This document shows positions 13,940-27,132 of a stretch of DNA of 64,000 nucleotides, one piece after another. Numbering within the stretch: the first letter of the stretch is position 1; each line of letters begins with the position of its first letter. A program made the translations under genes and the position numbers. Source of the DNA: Octopus vulgaris (taxonomy: Eukaryota); the NCBI GenBank assembly GCA_951406725.2, contig OX597831.1, positions 36,518,001 through 36,582,000 of the forward strand. Direction: 5' to 3'. Below the pieces are notes generated by a model. That model saw only the letters and a list, made by a program, of their open reading frames with translations. It was not told the origin of the DNA and did not search any database.

Positions 13940-14143
13940 GGGCTGTGCCATCTCAGCTAATTCAAAACTGGTTCAGGAAATCACAGACAAAATGAGAAGA
14001 GCTAGTGCTTCATTTCGCAGGCTGCAGCAAAGATTGTGGAAAAACATATGCGTAAAAATGTCAGGCGTACCAGTCTATAGTGCTATCTTCCATGTTGCAT
14101 GGAGCTGAAACCTGGACAGTCTATATAGCTCATGTAGACAAAT
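13940..14143 (+). mobile_element. RTE-like LINE RT/thumb fragment
   Basis: RRASASFRRLQQRLW and VLSSMLHGAETWTVY motifs. Confidence 0.7.
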
Positions 14144-14145
14144 TA

Positions 14146-14700
14146 TTGGGTTGTCCAGAAAGTTTGTGCCGATTTTTAAAGAAAAGAAAAAGGTCAATAA
14201 ATACATGCCATTACATTTTTAATCAACCAAATATGAACCCTTTTGTTGCACAATGCATCTCCATCTTTCCTTTAACTTGAAAATATCCTCTTCCCAGAAT
14301 TGAGGTGGTTTCATGGCAAAGAATTCATCAAGGTATCTTTTTACGTCATCCATTTTTACCATTAAGACTATTCTGCAGAAACCTGAATAAATGGAAATCT
14401 GAAGGAGCAATATCTGGTGAATATGGAGGCTGGGGTAGAACATCCCAGCCAAGCTGCAGCAATTTTTGTCTGCTTCCCAAAGCATCAAGTGCTGAAAATG
14501 AACTTTCTTATCTTCCATTTTAAAGGGTTACAGAATTAACACAGGTTATAGAAACATAAACCTTCTTCCACGAAAAGATAGCTTAAACTGTGCTGTAAGT
14601 GGAGGTGTAGTCAAATCCTATTTTATGGACTCAACCTTGTTCTAAAATAAGTCGAAATGTAAGCTACTATAAATCGGCACGAACTTTCCAGACAACCCAA
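14146..14700 (-). mobile_element. Internally deleted mariner with both TIRs
   Basis: TIRs TTGGGTTGTCCAGAAAGTTTGTGCCGATTT / AAATCGGCACGAACTTTCCAGACAACCCAA. Encodes LGWDVLPQPPYSPDIAPSDFHLFR...IFKLKERWRCIVQQKGSY. Confidence 0.9.
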
Positions 14701-15199
14701 CATATATATAAGATAAAATCTTCATTGATAGAAATCAATGTGCCACACAGTGAGATTGAACCTGGAACCATGTGGTTGGGAAGCAAGCTTCTTACCCCAC
14801 AGCCACTCCTATATATATATATATATTCTTTTATTTGTTTCAGTCATCTGACTGCGGCCATGCTGGAGCACCACCTTCAGTTGAGCAAATCGACCCCAGG
14901 ATTTATTCTTTGTAAGCCTTATTCTCTTGGTCACTTTTGCTGAACCCCCAATTAACAGCTAGATAAACGCACCAGCATCTGTTATCAAGCGATGTTAGGG
15001 AGACAAACACAGGCACACAAACATATATATATATATATATACAATAGGCTTCTTTCAGTTTCCATCTACCAAATCCACTCACAAGGCTTTAGTCGGCCCA
15101 TAGCTATAGTAGAAGATAGTAGAAGACACATGCTCAAGGTGGCATGCAGTGGGACTGAACTCGGATCCATGTGGTTGGGAAGCAAGATTCTTGCCACTC

Positions 15200-15387
<188 letters not shown>

Positions 15388-18300
15388 TGTCTCCTTTGTT
15401 TCTATATGTACTGCTTCTATTAGTTTTATATGTGATGGGAGATCACTATACAAATTCTTTCTATTATCTTTAAGACATTCTCAGTGGTATCCAATCTCTG
15501 AATGCTCCCCACTGTAGCATGTTATGCATCTTGTTTAGCAGTGGCTGGATGAAAACACGACACTAATTTAGAACTAGTAACATTTACAGATAATGAAGAA
15601 TTACATTCTCCAAGACTAAATCTTCTTTTCTCAGAAAGTTTATAAAATAGTGCAATGAAAAGTTTGGTGGATCTGTAATGGGAACACATTTCTTGGCCCC
15701 TTCAGCATATGTAATTAACTGGGAGAAAGAGAAGCAAAAATGACATCAGTGCTTGACTGGTACTTACTTTGTTGACCCGGAAGAGATGAAAGGCAATGTG
15801 AACATTCGTAGATTTTGAACTCAGGGCATAAAGAGCTGGAACAAGCACCACAACACAGTCTATCCAATGCTCCACAATTTTGCTAATGTGCCATATTCAC
15901 TCTTAAATGAACTGAGGTCATGTAGAATGAAGCGTTCTGCCTTGAAATGGAATAATATGCATGCAGCAAATTTGAACTCACAACCTGTAGGCAGATAATC
16001 TAATTGTTTACCCTCTTAGTCATTTCACCTCTACACAAATCTTACATTTTGTACATAAAATACTAACTTGACTGTTTAATTGGCAATGGCAACATTTTTT
16101 TCCATCTATTTATTTAAATTATTATTTATGTGGAGAATGATTTTTATCTAAAGAGATAAAGATCCTTTCAAACACCAAACTGACAGATTCCATCTAAATA
16201 TGAAACCCAATCCTATTGTTATTGGTAGTTGTTGTTGTGAAAACCTGATGGCTTGAAAATACAGCTGGAAAGCAAGCTCAATACTTTGTCATGTTTCTGA
16301 AGGCTACATCTTATGTAAAGGCTTACGTTAAAGATTAAACCAGTGAATTAAATATGAAGATGAGCAGAAAAGTTCATATAACACCTCATGTTTGTGTAAA
16401 TACAAGGGAGATCATCTTCCACATTCCAGAAGGCAGTGAAATGTTCCCCACACGGTATTAATTCAATATAGTTATGCTAATTTTTGATGCTCTTAATTTG
16501 TATTTTGTCACTATGGTAATTTTCTTTTTGCAAATTTTACAAAACAACTTATGGCGAATCGATTGAGAATATCAAATACATTTTTCAGGCAGGACTAAAA
16601 ATACTTTTATATTTAATGCATCTTGATAATGAATGGTGAAACAAATGTCATGTTGACACCCGAATTCTATGAGCTATAAGCGAATAATAATTCTCTGATG
16701 TCCTTTTACAAATATTCTGTTGCCAATCTAATTATATGAATTGAATTATGAGGAACAACCTCCATATAATTCCTGGCAACAAGTGTCCAACCTCTAGGAG
16801 AGAACAAATTCCAGTTAGAAGAATATTATTCAACCAAGTTGGTATGCAATTATCTGGGCTCAAGTTTTTTTCAATGAAAGTATAGAAGATTTTAATATTC
16901 CGTCCTTAATTTTCACTAGAAGGACAAATGAGAAGAGAATACTTGCAAATAACATTTTTTTTTTTTCATTTTCAGACCCACTGATCACAACAATTTAGTT
17001 TAGAATACAAATTGTAAGATGCAAATTGGATTGAACAAGATAATTAAGTGGAGTGGGATTCAATAATTACTAGCGCATAGTTTGCAGTTTAGATGGAAAC
17101 ACAATTCTCAACAGGTGGTTTGCAAGTTTCTTATTTCTCTGCTCTCTAATCAGAAATGCCATTACAAAGAAACTAATATGCTAAATAAATTGACCACTGA
17201 AATATAAATTCTATTTTCAGCCATATAATAACATTGAATATAAAGCCAAATTGTTGATTATTCATTGTAACTTCTTATTCATATATTCTGTATCAACTGC
17301 TATTGATTTAAAATAGTTAAACTGTACCAAAATTTCCTACCGGGAATCGTCATATCAAGGGAGAAATTTGATCTAAATAATATCATATAAGCTATCAAAG
17401 CTAAAAATAAACTTAAGATGAAGATTTTATGCAAGTGTTTTTGTTCAGAGTATGATGAAGATTTTGGCACAAATCAAATGCTATACAGTGCAGTTAGTGG
17501 AAATACATGATTGGAAGGCAATGCAGTATCTGGACCTGAGTGATATAATTAGTATAGGAGATGGATCTAGTGTATTGAAAGTGTAAAGTATAGGATATAA
17601 AGGAAGTGACAGGTGCTCAAAGAACTGCTATATTTTACTTTATTTCATTAAATTTGCTATAAAGGCAGTACATAATTTTACTTGGCAACTAAGATAGGTT
17701 TTCTCCTCATGATTGGAAAAGTAAATGAGATCTGTATACAAAAGGTTCAAGTGAACCACAGGTGTGAATGCAGTGAAACTGTAGATATTTGATTGGAAAC
17801 CACCAAATATGATATAACTCATTAGGTGTATAAATTTCTTTCATAAGAAAAACTACAAGTGTACAAGTGACTTGGTAAAGTATCGGTCTTTGGAAGTATA
17901 GAACGATGTAAGGAGACAACTGCTCAGATTTGGTTCTGTAATGTGACTAGATGATATATTATATGACTCAAATGTCAGGGAATGATGAAAGATCCTTGTG
18001 GACTTGAAAAGAAATAGATACTGCAGATTTCACAATGATAAATCTTAAAATTTTGGCACTGGATCCGGACTAAAGGTAACGGTTGTATTGCATACTTATT
18101 CAACCTATATGTCGGGTAAGAAGCAGATAAGTTGCTGTTGTTGCAGCTGATATATCTAACTATGTGATAAGTAATGTTCTTTCAAAGGAATTCTATTTGA
18201 TTATCTATGCTTTCTCAGATGCATTACTTATGTTGATGTTTAGTTTTTGATTATTTTCTTTGTCTTGGATATGTTGCTGACACTGCATCAGCAATAAAGC

Positions 18301-19066
18301 TAAAATGAAGAAAGAAAATAAAACTATACAATATGCAATGAAATTCATAGTTAATATTTGAATTCTTAAAAAAAATTTGCTGTTGAGCACTCAGCTTATT
18401 GAAATCAATCAAGAAAACAGTTATCATCAATGTCAAATACAGTTATACATTTATAATAATGAAGTTCTCAATAACTTTTTCATTTGTCTTCGAATACATA
18501 CATCAGAATTATTCTGCATTCAGCTGTCATTCTATATGCAATTATTGTATTATTATTTGGAACCTTTTAACATAGCAGTGATGACAATTTTTCAAATGTT
18601 GGTCGTCATCACTAATAGATTAATATAATCTTTTATTGCTTCTCCTTTTATTCACATTTTATATTTCAGCTTTAATGATAAATATATTTTACTTCAATAA
18701 TTTAAGAGCTCTTGCTGTATGCTCTGGTTATTCATCTTTACAATGATTCTCTCACAGTAAACAAAACACTGACAGCTTGAAAACTTACATGAAATATGTG
18801 AAGTGATAAAGTGAATATATTTTCTACTTGCCACTAGTAAACGACTGAGCCCAGCACAAAATGCTGCTGTGGAGAACTATTCTGATATTCTAAAAAATGC
18901 TGATTTAGGCTAGAAAATCCACTTAAGACTCAAAACTGCATATTTTTTATGAATAAAATACAGCCAATCTTTTACGAGAGTAAAGCAGAAAATTTTATGA
19001 GTACGTACATGCAACAAATCAAAATTGAAATTGTAAGCTTCAAAGTCTGTGAATTGCAAGACTTAA

Positions 19067-19120
<54 letters not shown>

Positions 19121-19296
19121 GTGTGCATATGTACATGCTTCTTGGGCCTGCAATCCCCTATATTACTGATTCTGTTATCATTTTTAATTGTGACGTTAGA
19201 TAATAATAGAGTCAATAATATCCTTGCAAATATTTTCTGCTGAATTATTTGTACTTGAATATATGAATATATATATGTATGTGTGTGTGTCTATGT

Positions 19297-19332
<36 letters not shown>

Positions 19333-19399
19333 GCTAATCTCTAACTGTGGAGGGAACCTGTGGTATAGATAGACATAGGACAAGGTGGTGAAGAATGAT

Positions 19400-19962
19400 C
19401 TATGAGCTTTGAGCTTCACAGAGGCAATGACTGGTGACCAAGACATTTGGTGATGTGCTGTGCTTGAGAGGACCTGTCAAGCCAGGTGCACCTGAGCTGG
19501 TGGCACATAAAGAACATCTTTTGAACGTTGGGCCTCACAGAGGCAAAATGGCTGAGTTTCTTTTGGGTGTTGGGCCTCATGGAGGTAAAGTGGCTGAGTT
19601 CTATTCAAGTGTTGGGCCTCACGAAGGCAGTGACTGAGACCTTTGGCATTATGTCATGCTTGAGAAGAAGACCCATCAAGCCAAGCAAAATCACATTTGT
19701 GGCAGATACTGTTGTCATGCAAATTGGCACCTGTGCTGGTGGCATGTAAATGCACCCCAAATGGCACCTGTGCCAGTGGCACATAAAAGCAAATGTTACA
19801 CTCTTGGAGGGGTTGGCGTTAGGAAGGGCATCCAGTCATAGAAAACTATGCTAAATTAGATTGGAGTCTGGTGCAGCCTTCCAGAGTACCAGCCTGGTCA
19901 AATTGTCCAACCTATGCCAGCATGGACAATGGACATTAAATGATGATGATAATGATGATGAT
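19400..19962 (+). mobile_element. Long SINE family B copy with internal approximately 42-bp tandem repeats
   Basis: gttgggcctca.gga/agaggcaaa.tggctgagtt occurs three times (about 19527-19640), followed by the family B body and (GAT)n. Confidence 0.75.
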
Positions 19963-19975
19963 CATCATCATCATG

Positions 19976-20004
<29 letters not shown>

Positions 20005-20007
<3 letters not shown>

Positions 20008-20296
20008 TTAAATATTTGTTGTGCAAGATTTTTTATGTGAAGTCGTGTGTTGAAACAGATATTGTTATATTTCGGAATGGTCATATTGCCAGTTTAGCCA
20101 ATAAAGGAGAGACACAAGTATGTGAGAAGAAAACAAAGGACCACTGATGCGGTCACAGGAGTGTGACGAAAGAACTTTGGCCGAAATAAGATTAAGATTA
20201 ATGTAAAAAATAAATATCACTGAAGCAAAATAACACCAAATATATAGTGCGTGTGTTTTTATTGGCTAAACTGGCAATATGACCATTCCGAAATAT

Positions 20297-20305
<9 letters not shown>
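20005..20305. mobile_element. Family E inverted-repeat element with central HHR-like motif, in (TA)n
   Basis: Arms of about 46 bp (atattgttatatttcggaatggtcatattgccagtttagccaataaa, about 20059-20105, inverted at about 20258-20304). Centre reads CCA-CTGATGC-G-GTCAC-aggagt-GTGAC-GAAA-gaac-TT-TGG. Confidence 0.75.
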
Positions 20306-20334
<29 letters not shown>

Positions 20335-21203
20335 CGTTGCAAAATAGTGGTTTTGTCTCTAATAATATTTTATATATATATATATATATATATACATGTT
20401 ATATAAATACACATATAATAAATAGTTAATAAAAAATATGGTATACAACTGTTAGTTTGCTAGTGAAGCACATTCACTGCCTATGGCTATCTGAAGTCAT
20501 CCACGACATTATAAATGTCCCTAGATCTACTTCAGAATTCCTCAGTGTCCAATGGGTATGTAATTAATGAGAGAAATGGAAGATGGAATATATGAGAATC
20601 TTTATGGATCATTACATACATGCATACATACATACATATACATACATACATACATACGTACGTATGTACATACATACATACATACCTAATCATCATCATC
20701 AACATCGTTCAACGTCCGTTTTCCATGCTAGCATGAGTGTAGTGGGTGCTTTTTATGTGCCATGATCAGTTGGTGCTCTTACGTGTCACTGACACGGATG
20801 CCAGTCAGGCGGCGATGGCATCTGCCATGTTCGGATGGTGCTTTTAATGTGTCACAGGCATGAGTATCTTAACTACAATTTCCATTTGATTTTCATTTTG
20901 ATGTTGGTGTTAACATACTTGACTCAATAGGTCTCCTCAAGAACAGCGGGTCTCTCTATGATCCAAGGTAAGCACAGCAGGCCATCCTGCGAGCCATCAA
21001 CTCACTTCATTTGTCGGGTCTTCACAGTCACAGCATATCTCGGTCATCGTCATTTCCTCTGTGAGGTACTACGTGCCACTGGCACAGGTATGACAACATA
21101 CATACATATATATACATACACATATATCTTCCCTATATCTTTACTATTTAATGTCTGTCTCCCGGGCTAGCATGTATTTGGACCGTTTGATAAGATTCAG
21201 AGT

Positions 21204-21204
<1 letters not shown>

Positions 21205-21249
<45 letters not shown>

Positions 21250-21405
21250 CAACAACATAGAAAAATACCTTAAGAATGAGAACCCAGGTTCGAAATTCCC
21301 CCAAGACACCTGATGAAGGCTGAAGGGTATATCAGCCAAAACGTTGTGTTAACATCAAGCAAGATGAAGGCAAATATTCGTCAATTATAAATAAAGTAAA
21401 TAATG
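21205..21405 (+). mobile_element. Family D SINE, 5'-truncated, with HHR motif
   Basis: (AAT)n, body, then GACAC-CTGATGA-A-GGCTG..CAGCC-aAAA-CGTT-GTGTT at 21305-21350. Confidence 0.85.
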
Positions 21406-21512
21406 TGATGGATTTATTGTTTGAGAATTTGAGTTCTAAACTAGACAAGCTCACAAACCATTTATTCAGTAGGATGTGATTTGGAATTTGAATGTTTGTC
21501 AGGATCAATTTT

Positions 21513-21672
21513 GTGCATTATTTACATTATTTACATTATTTACATTCGATTGGTATTTGTTCTCATCCTGTTTGTTGTTAACACAACATTTCAGTTGATA
21601 TACCCTCCAGCCTTCTTCAGGTGTCTTAGGGAAATTTCAAACCTGGGTTCTCATTCCTAAGGTATTTTTTGA

Positions 21673-21721
<49 letters not shown>

Positions 21722-21884
21722 GTTGTTATTATTATCAGGTCACTGCTTCGAATCGAACTCAGAATCTCGGGGTTAGTAGCCCGCGCTGTTAACCACTACG
21801 CCATATGCCCGTGGTCATATATATATATAATGTAAATAATGTAAATAATGCACATACTTCCTCATCTCTTAAATATAGAACTGT
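21513..21884. mobile_element. Family D SINE with inverted 5' part and 12-bp TSD
   Basis: Minus-strand tRNA head and body (21513-21812; TGGCGTAGTGG, GAGTTCGATTC), then a plus-strand 3' tail (21829-21884). Flanked by AGGATCAATTTT at 21501-21512 and 21885-21896. Confidence 0.8.
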
Positions 21885-22054
21885 AGGATCAATTTTAATT
21901 TACTTTTCTCTGTAGTCACTAAAAGAAAGCTGTGTTTTGCAATTACGAGTATGAAAAAAGCAAAAAATAAAAAGAGTTTTACCACAAATGTAATATGCTG
22001 AATTTCTGGGTTTGCAAAGGTTAATTGATTATACATAAATCAATTTAATTCTGA

Positions 22055-22072
22055 GTGTGTGTGTGTGTCTGT

Positions 22073-22116
<44 letters not shown>

Positions 22117-22256
22117 ACGTGTATGTGTGTATGTGTGTATGTTTGTGCATGTGTATATGTGTGTGCATATTATTATTATTATTATTGCCCTGATGCAACA
22201 TCATCCTCATCATCAATATTATTATCATTATTATTATCAATATTCTTCTTCTTCTT

Positions 22257-22333
<77 letters not shown>

Positions 22334-22371
22334 CATCGTTATCATTATTATTATTATCTTTGTTATTATTA

Positions 22372-22428
<57 letters not shown>
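22055..22428. repeat. Compound (TG)n/(CAT)n/(TTC)n/(TAT)n microsatellite
   Basis: Directly visible. Confidence 0.95.
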
Positions 22429-22429
<1 letters not shown>

Positions 22430-23440
22430 GTGCCAAAATAATTGTTTTTGTTTGGTTATTTTTAAAGTTTTATGTTTGTTTTCAAATGAACTTATATTTA
22501 TCTATATTCATGTAATGCACCATTTTCACAAACAGATTTTTCTCGATTGATTTATGCAAATGATTTTGCCTTCACTCTTTACTGTTGCTGATTTGATTTT
22601 TGGTCGTCAAATTAAAGGTGGAAAAACAAAAAAAATAAAAAAACAAATTCAGGTGATTTTGAAATAAAATACAAAACAGTAAAAAACTATTGACAACATC
22701 AACCAAGTTTCGTTCAAAATTAGTCCCTAAAATGTCCTATTAGGGATAAGAACCTTAAAGATGAGAAGAATATCATGAAAGACCTTTTGCAAATGGAAGC
22801 AGCCAACAGATGGCCATTATTGCAGTGGAACCATGCAAAATAAATGAAAGGTTGCAGATTAAGCATTGACCATTTAATGGTTATTCAATGTAGGCACTGA
22901 ACTGTAAAGTTTAAAGGATCAAAGAATATGTTCAGTAAGGGTTGAACATACGATAAATCATTTTACAAAATCAGTTCTATGCTTCTTCAGCATAACAATA
23001 GCGATCACATGTTGTTGATCTCATTGTGACTGGTGATGATGAAAAATGAATTCCAAATGACAAATTATAGTATCCCTTATAATCATTGGACCAAAGTGTG
23101 ACACCAAAAATACTTAAAGCTGCATCAAAAGAAGACTATTGTTATTCTTTGGTAGTTGGAAAGTGGCGTTATTCATTACTATTTCCTGAATTTTACAGGA
23201 ACTATCACAGCTGAGAAGTATTGCAAAATAATTGACTACATGCACACTGAACCACCACAACACTTGCATCCTGTATTGGTCAATCAAAACAGTTTAATTC
23301 TCCTCCATGACAATACCCATTGACATGTCTCACAAATGACTCTGGAGAAATTGAATGAAATGGGCTACAAACCAACTTTATCCAAATCTCCCTTGTGACC
23401 TCTCTCCAACTAATTACAACTTTTTTAAGCAACAACTCAT
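22430..23440 (+). mobile_element. Highly degenerate mariner transposon
   Basis: Remnants IVTGD(D)EK*I, GVIHYYFLNFTGTITAEKYCK and LILLHDNTH*HVSQMTLEKLNEMGY. Confidence 0.8.
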
Positions 23441-24594
23441 AAGTTTATATATAAAAAAAAAGTTCTTCAACAACCACACTGCAGTTCAAAATGCCAGAGG
23501 CCATAGTGAAGACATACAAGGTGCCACATAGTGGGACTGAACTCAAGACCTCGTGGTTGGGGGAGAAAACTTCTTACCACACAGCCATGCCTGCATCTAT
23601 GAATGCAGTCAAGGATGCAGGTGCTGAATTTTTGTCCTGTTTCTTGTCTTTGAGACAATCTAACAACACAGTCAAACATATACTGGTATAATCTGGATCC
23701 AAACTAAGAACATCTCGATTCATATTTCCCACTTCAGTTTTCACCAATCACTGCAAGAATCAGTGTGCCTGAAGGTGTGGTGGTGTTGAATGACAAAGTT
23801 CAAAGTTCAAGGATACAGTTGTGTATGGTTTTGTTTAGAGTGAAACTGCCATTGCATATAAACAAACACACAGTACTTTACTGGTCCCTTTGACGAGACC
23901 AGGATGATAGAAATTTGAATGGAGACTTCAGTCTTTTCCTTCTTTAATAGCTGTTGAGTAACAATGAGCACTCAGTTCTACTCGATCATTGAGATCTTGA
24001 TGAGTGATGAGTGACTAACATTTAACTTGGCAGATCACCCCACAACTTCTTCTCCATGAGTGACCTTAGCATTGGTGTAGAGCTCCTGACCTGTAAGGTC
24101 AATGGAACAGGCAAGCTCTCACATCTCAATGAAATAACAATCTATGAAGGCAATGGCTAACAAGTGGCTTTCAGATTTAACTCAATTCGTAAATTTTCAT
24201 AAACATGTTTAGAAACATATATGAATGCTTTACTTACATAGGCGCGGGAGTGGCTGTGTGGTAAGTAGCTTGCTTACGAACCACATGGTTCTGGGTTCAG
24301 TCTCACTGTGTGGCACCTTGGGCAGGTGTCTTCTACTATAGTTTCGAGCTGACCAAAGCCTTATGAGTGGATTTGGTAGACAGAAACTGAAAGAAGCCTG
24401 TCGTATATATATGTATATATATATATATACATATATATATATAGCATTGCCCTTAATATATATAAATATATTTAAAGGGAATGATTAATAAATTTTTCCC
24501 TTATGAGGTTTTTCACGCTAACTACTTGATAATTTTTTATAAAGATTTTATCCTATTTTTAAATTATATATATATATTCTTTCTGTCACCCTTT

Positions 24595-25240
24595 TCAAGA
24601 CTAGCCAGGCTCAAGGGGCTAAACACAGAGGGGACAAACAAAGACCGACCAAGGGATTAAGTCGATTACATCGACCCCAGTGCATAACTGGTACTTATTT
24701 AATCGACCCTAAAAAGATGAAAGGCAAAGTCAACCTCGGTGAAATTTGAACTCAGAACTTAAAGACAGACAAAATACCTATTACTTTACTGCCCACAAGG
24801 GGCTACACACAGAGGGGACAAACAAGGACAGACAAATGAATTAAGTCAATTATATCGACCCCAGTGCGTAATTGGTACTTATTTAATCAACTCTGAAAGG
24901 ATGAAAGGTAAAGTTGACCTTGGTGGAATTTGAACTCAGAACGTAAAGACAGACGAAATACAGCTAAGCATTTTGCCTGGTGTACTAACGTTTCTGCAAG
25001 CTCACTGCCTTTAGAAGCACAAATATTCTTTTCTACTTTAGGCACAAGGCTCGAAATTTTTGGAGAGGGGGCCAGTTGATTAGATCGACCACAGTATGCA
25101 CCTGGCACTTAATTTATCAACCCTGAAAGGATGAAAGGCAAAGTTGACCTTGGCAGAATTTGAACTCAGAACATAAAGACAGATGAAATACCACTAAGCA
25201 TTTCACCCAGTGTGCTAACATTTCTGTGAGCTCGCCACCA
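24595..25240 (-). mobile_element. Three tandem copies of tRNA-derived SINE family C
   Basis: Repeated atcgacccc..gaaaggatgaaaggcaaagt.gacct.gg.ggaatttgaactcagaac...gacgaaatac..ctaagcattt units. Confidence 0.85.
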
Positions 25241-26477
25241 TATAAAGCTATTATATATTCAGATAAAATACTCATACACTTCCATTTTTTTAAAATATGC
25301 AAATGTATGCTTCTTTAAGACTTTGCAATTAGGTACAGCATAATAGAATATCTGTTCAAACAAGATATTTACATGTTAGAAAACATTGTCTGTAAAATCA
25401 TGTCAGATTATATTACAATAATCATCTGTTGATCTATGCAAGATAAATAGAGATTTTGATTTTCTTTTCGCTACAGAAAAACAAAGATATTTCCCCCACT
25501 GATTCCAGTTTTCTTCTTCTTTTTCTCTTCCTTTTAACTATTTAATCTCCCCTAGTTTACCTTCCACCTATTGAGTCAGATTTCTCTTTTACTTTCAGCA
25601 GAATGTCTTAAAGTGTCAGAAGCCTAGAATAAATTTAGTTAGCAGTCTGCGAGCACAATATCGTGATATTGGAAATGTTACCAATATTGCATCAATAATG
25701 ATTTTAGCTTCAAGAAATGCAGTTGTAAAACAACACACACACACATACTCACATGCACGCACGCATGCATGCATGCACACAAACATATATGTATTCCTGC
25801 AATTCCCAATGATCAGGTACACATATGGGACCACTTTAAAATCTCATAACATAACGAAGAGAAAAGTGGAAATCCATTTCCCAGCAACATACATCAAAAT
25901 ATTATCAGCTTGCAATTCACATTTGATTTATGCTTACTCAACCCTGAAAGACAACACATCAATTAACAGTGCGGTAAACTATAAGGAATTTCATATAATT
26001 ACCATTTTCTAAATTTAGATTTATGTCCCCTGTTTACTTCTTTCAGTATTAGATTTACACCAGATAAATTGTACTAATGGTTTGTAAGAAAACTTTTCTT
26101 TCTGATATTTAATAAGGAATATCAGCAGATTTATGTGAATGCATCAGTTTCTGCAGAACTGAAACCATAAATTGTTCTTAATTAAAGATTTATCCTGCTG
26201 CAAAATTAGATAATCAAAATATTTGTTCAGAACAGAAACAGTCAAATTCTCATAATTCCTTTATATTTGTATATTTTACACACAGATTAAATTTGGAAAA
26301 TTAAAACGATGTCTTGAAAAGAATAGAAGATTGCAATAAATAACAACTTTTCAAGTCAATTTTGGAAACAAAGTGCAATATATAGACTTAAATAAGAGAA
26401 ATTTGTAAGCTGTCATTCCGGAATTAATAGATTTTTAATATCGGATACAAAACGCGTCCAGCAGAAGAGGTCCTTAC

Positions 26478-26504
26478 TGCAACCTTTTGTATTAAATCAA
26501 TTGT
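26478..26504 (-). CDS. Candidate 27-nt microexon (TIDLIQKVA)
   Basis: tgcttttattaaacAG|ACAATT...GTTGCA|GTAAGG, open, phase 0-0, in unique sequence. Confidence 0.2.
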
Positions 26505-26809
26505 CTGTTTAATAAAAGCATCGATAAGTTCTGTCTAGAATTAAAGGTTTAAAATGAGTAGACACAAATTTAATCAATTTAGTCTCATTGTTTAGTAGAT
26601 ATTTCAGATAAACTTTAAAAAAGCAGCTGATATTATTTAATATGTTTTGAGAGTTGGGTCATAGTGTTCTCAGGTAAAAACAACCAATATATAATTTAGA
26701 TGGGCATTGAATGAGATAAAAAAATCTGTGGAGGCTGGAAAGAAGAACGTTGAGTATGATCCTTAGATGTGTTATATGAAAGATAAAGCACAAGAATGCC
26801 AAGTGAGTA

Positions 26810-27132
26810 CCGTATTTGATGGCCTATAAGATGCATCTTTTCTACCCAAAAATAGCATAAAAATCCCCCTGCGTCCAATGCACTCAATGTAGGCTCAAAC
26901 CTCACCTACAGTATGTATGTTTACAAAATGTGTACTGCCTTCTATTGGTGAACAGTCACCTACAGTATGTTTATATTGAATATGGATGCAATAAATTGCT
27001 TATAATTACTGGTAATAACATAAAATTATTCAGGTAAGTGGAGGAATTAAATCAATATTTTAGTGGTAATTTATTTTACAAAGGTATAGCCTATAAGATG
27101 GACTCATGCATCTCATAAACCATCAAATACAG
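26810..27132. mobile_element. MITE (Tc1/mariner/pogo-type)
   Basis: Imperfect 27-bp TIRs CCGTATTTGATGGCCTATAAGATGCAT / ATGCATCTCATAAACCATCAAATACAG with TA flanks. Confidence 0.7.

Noticed and set aside
18790-18890. Minus-strand exon candidate ending at GTAAGT
   Set aside because: All frames are closed from the best acceptor, and the alternative acceptor gives a phase incompatible with the proposed chain.
21737-21812. tRNA gene
   Set aside because: A/B boxes are present but there is no proper acceptor stem, and it is attached to a SINE body. The same applies to the other tRNA-like heads.
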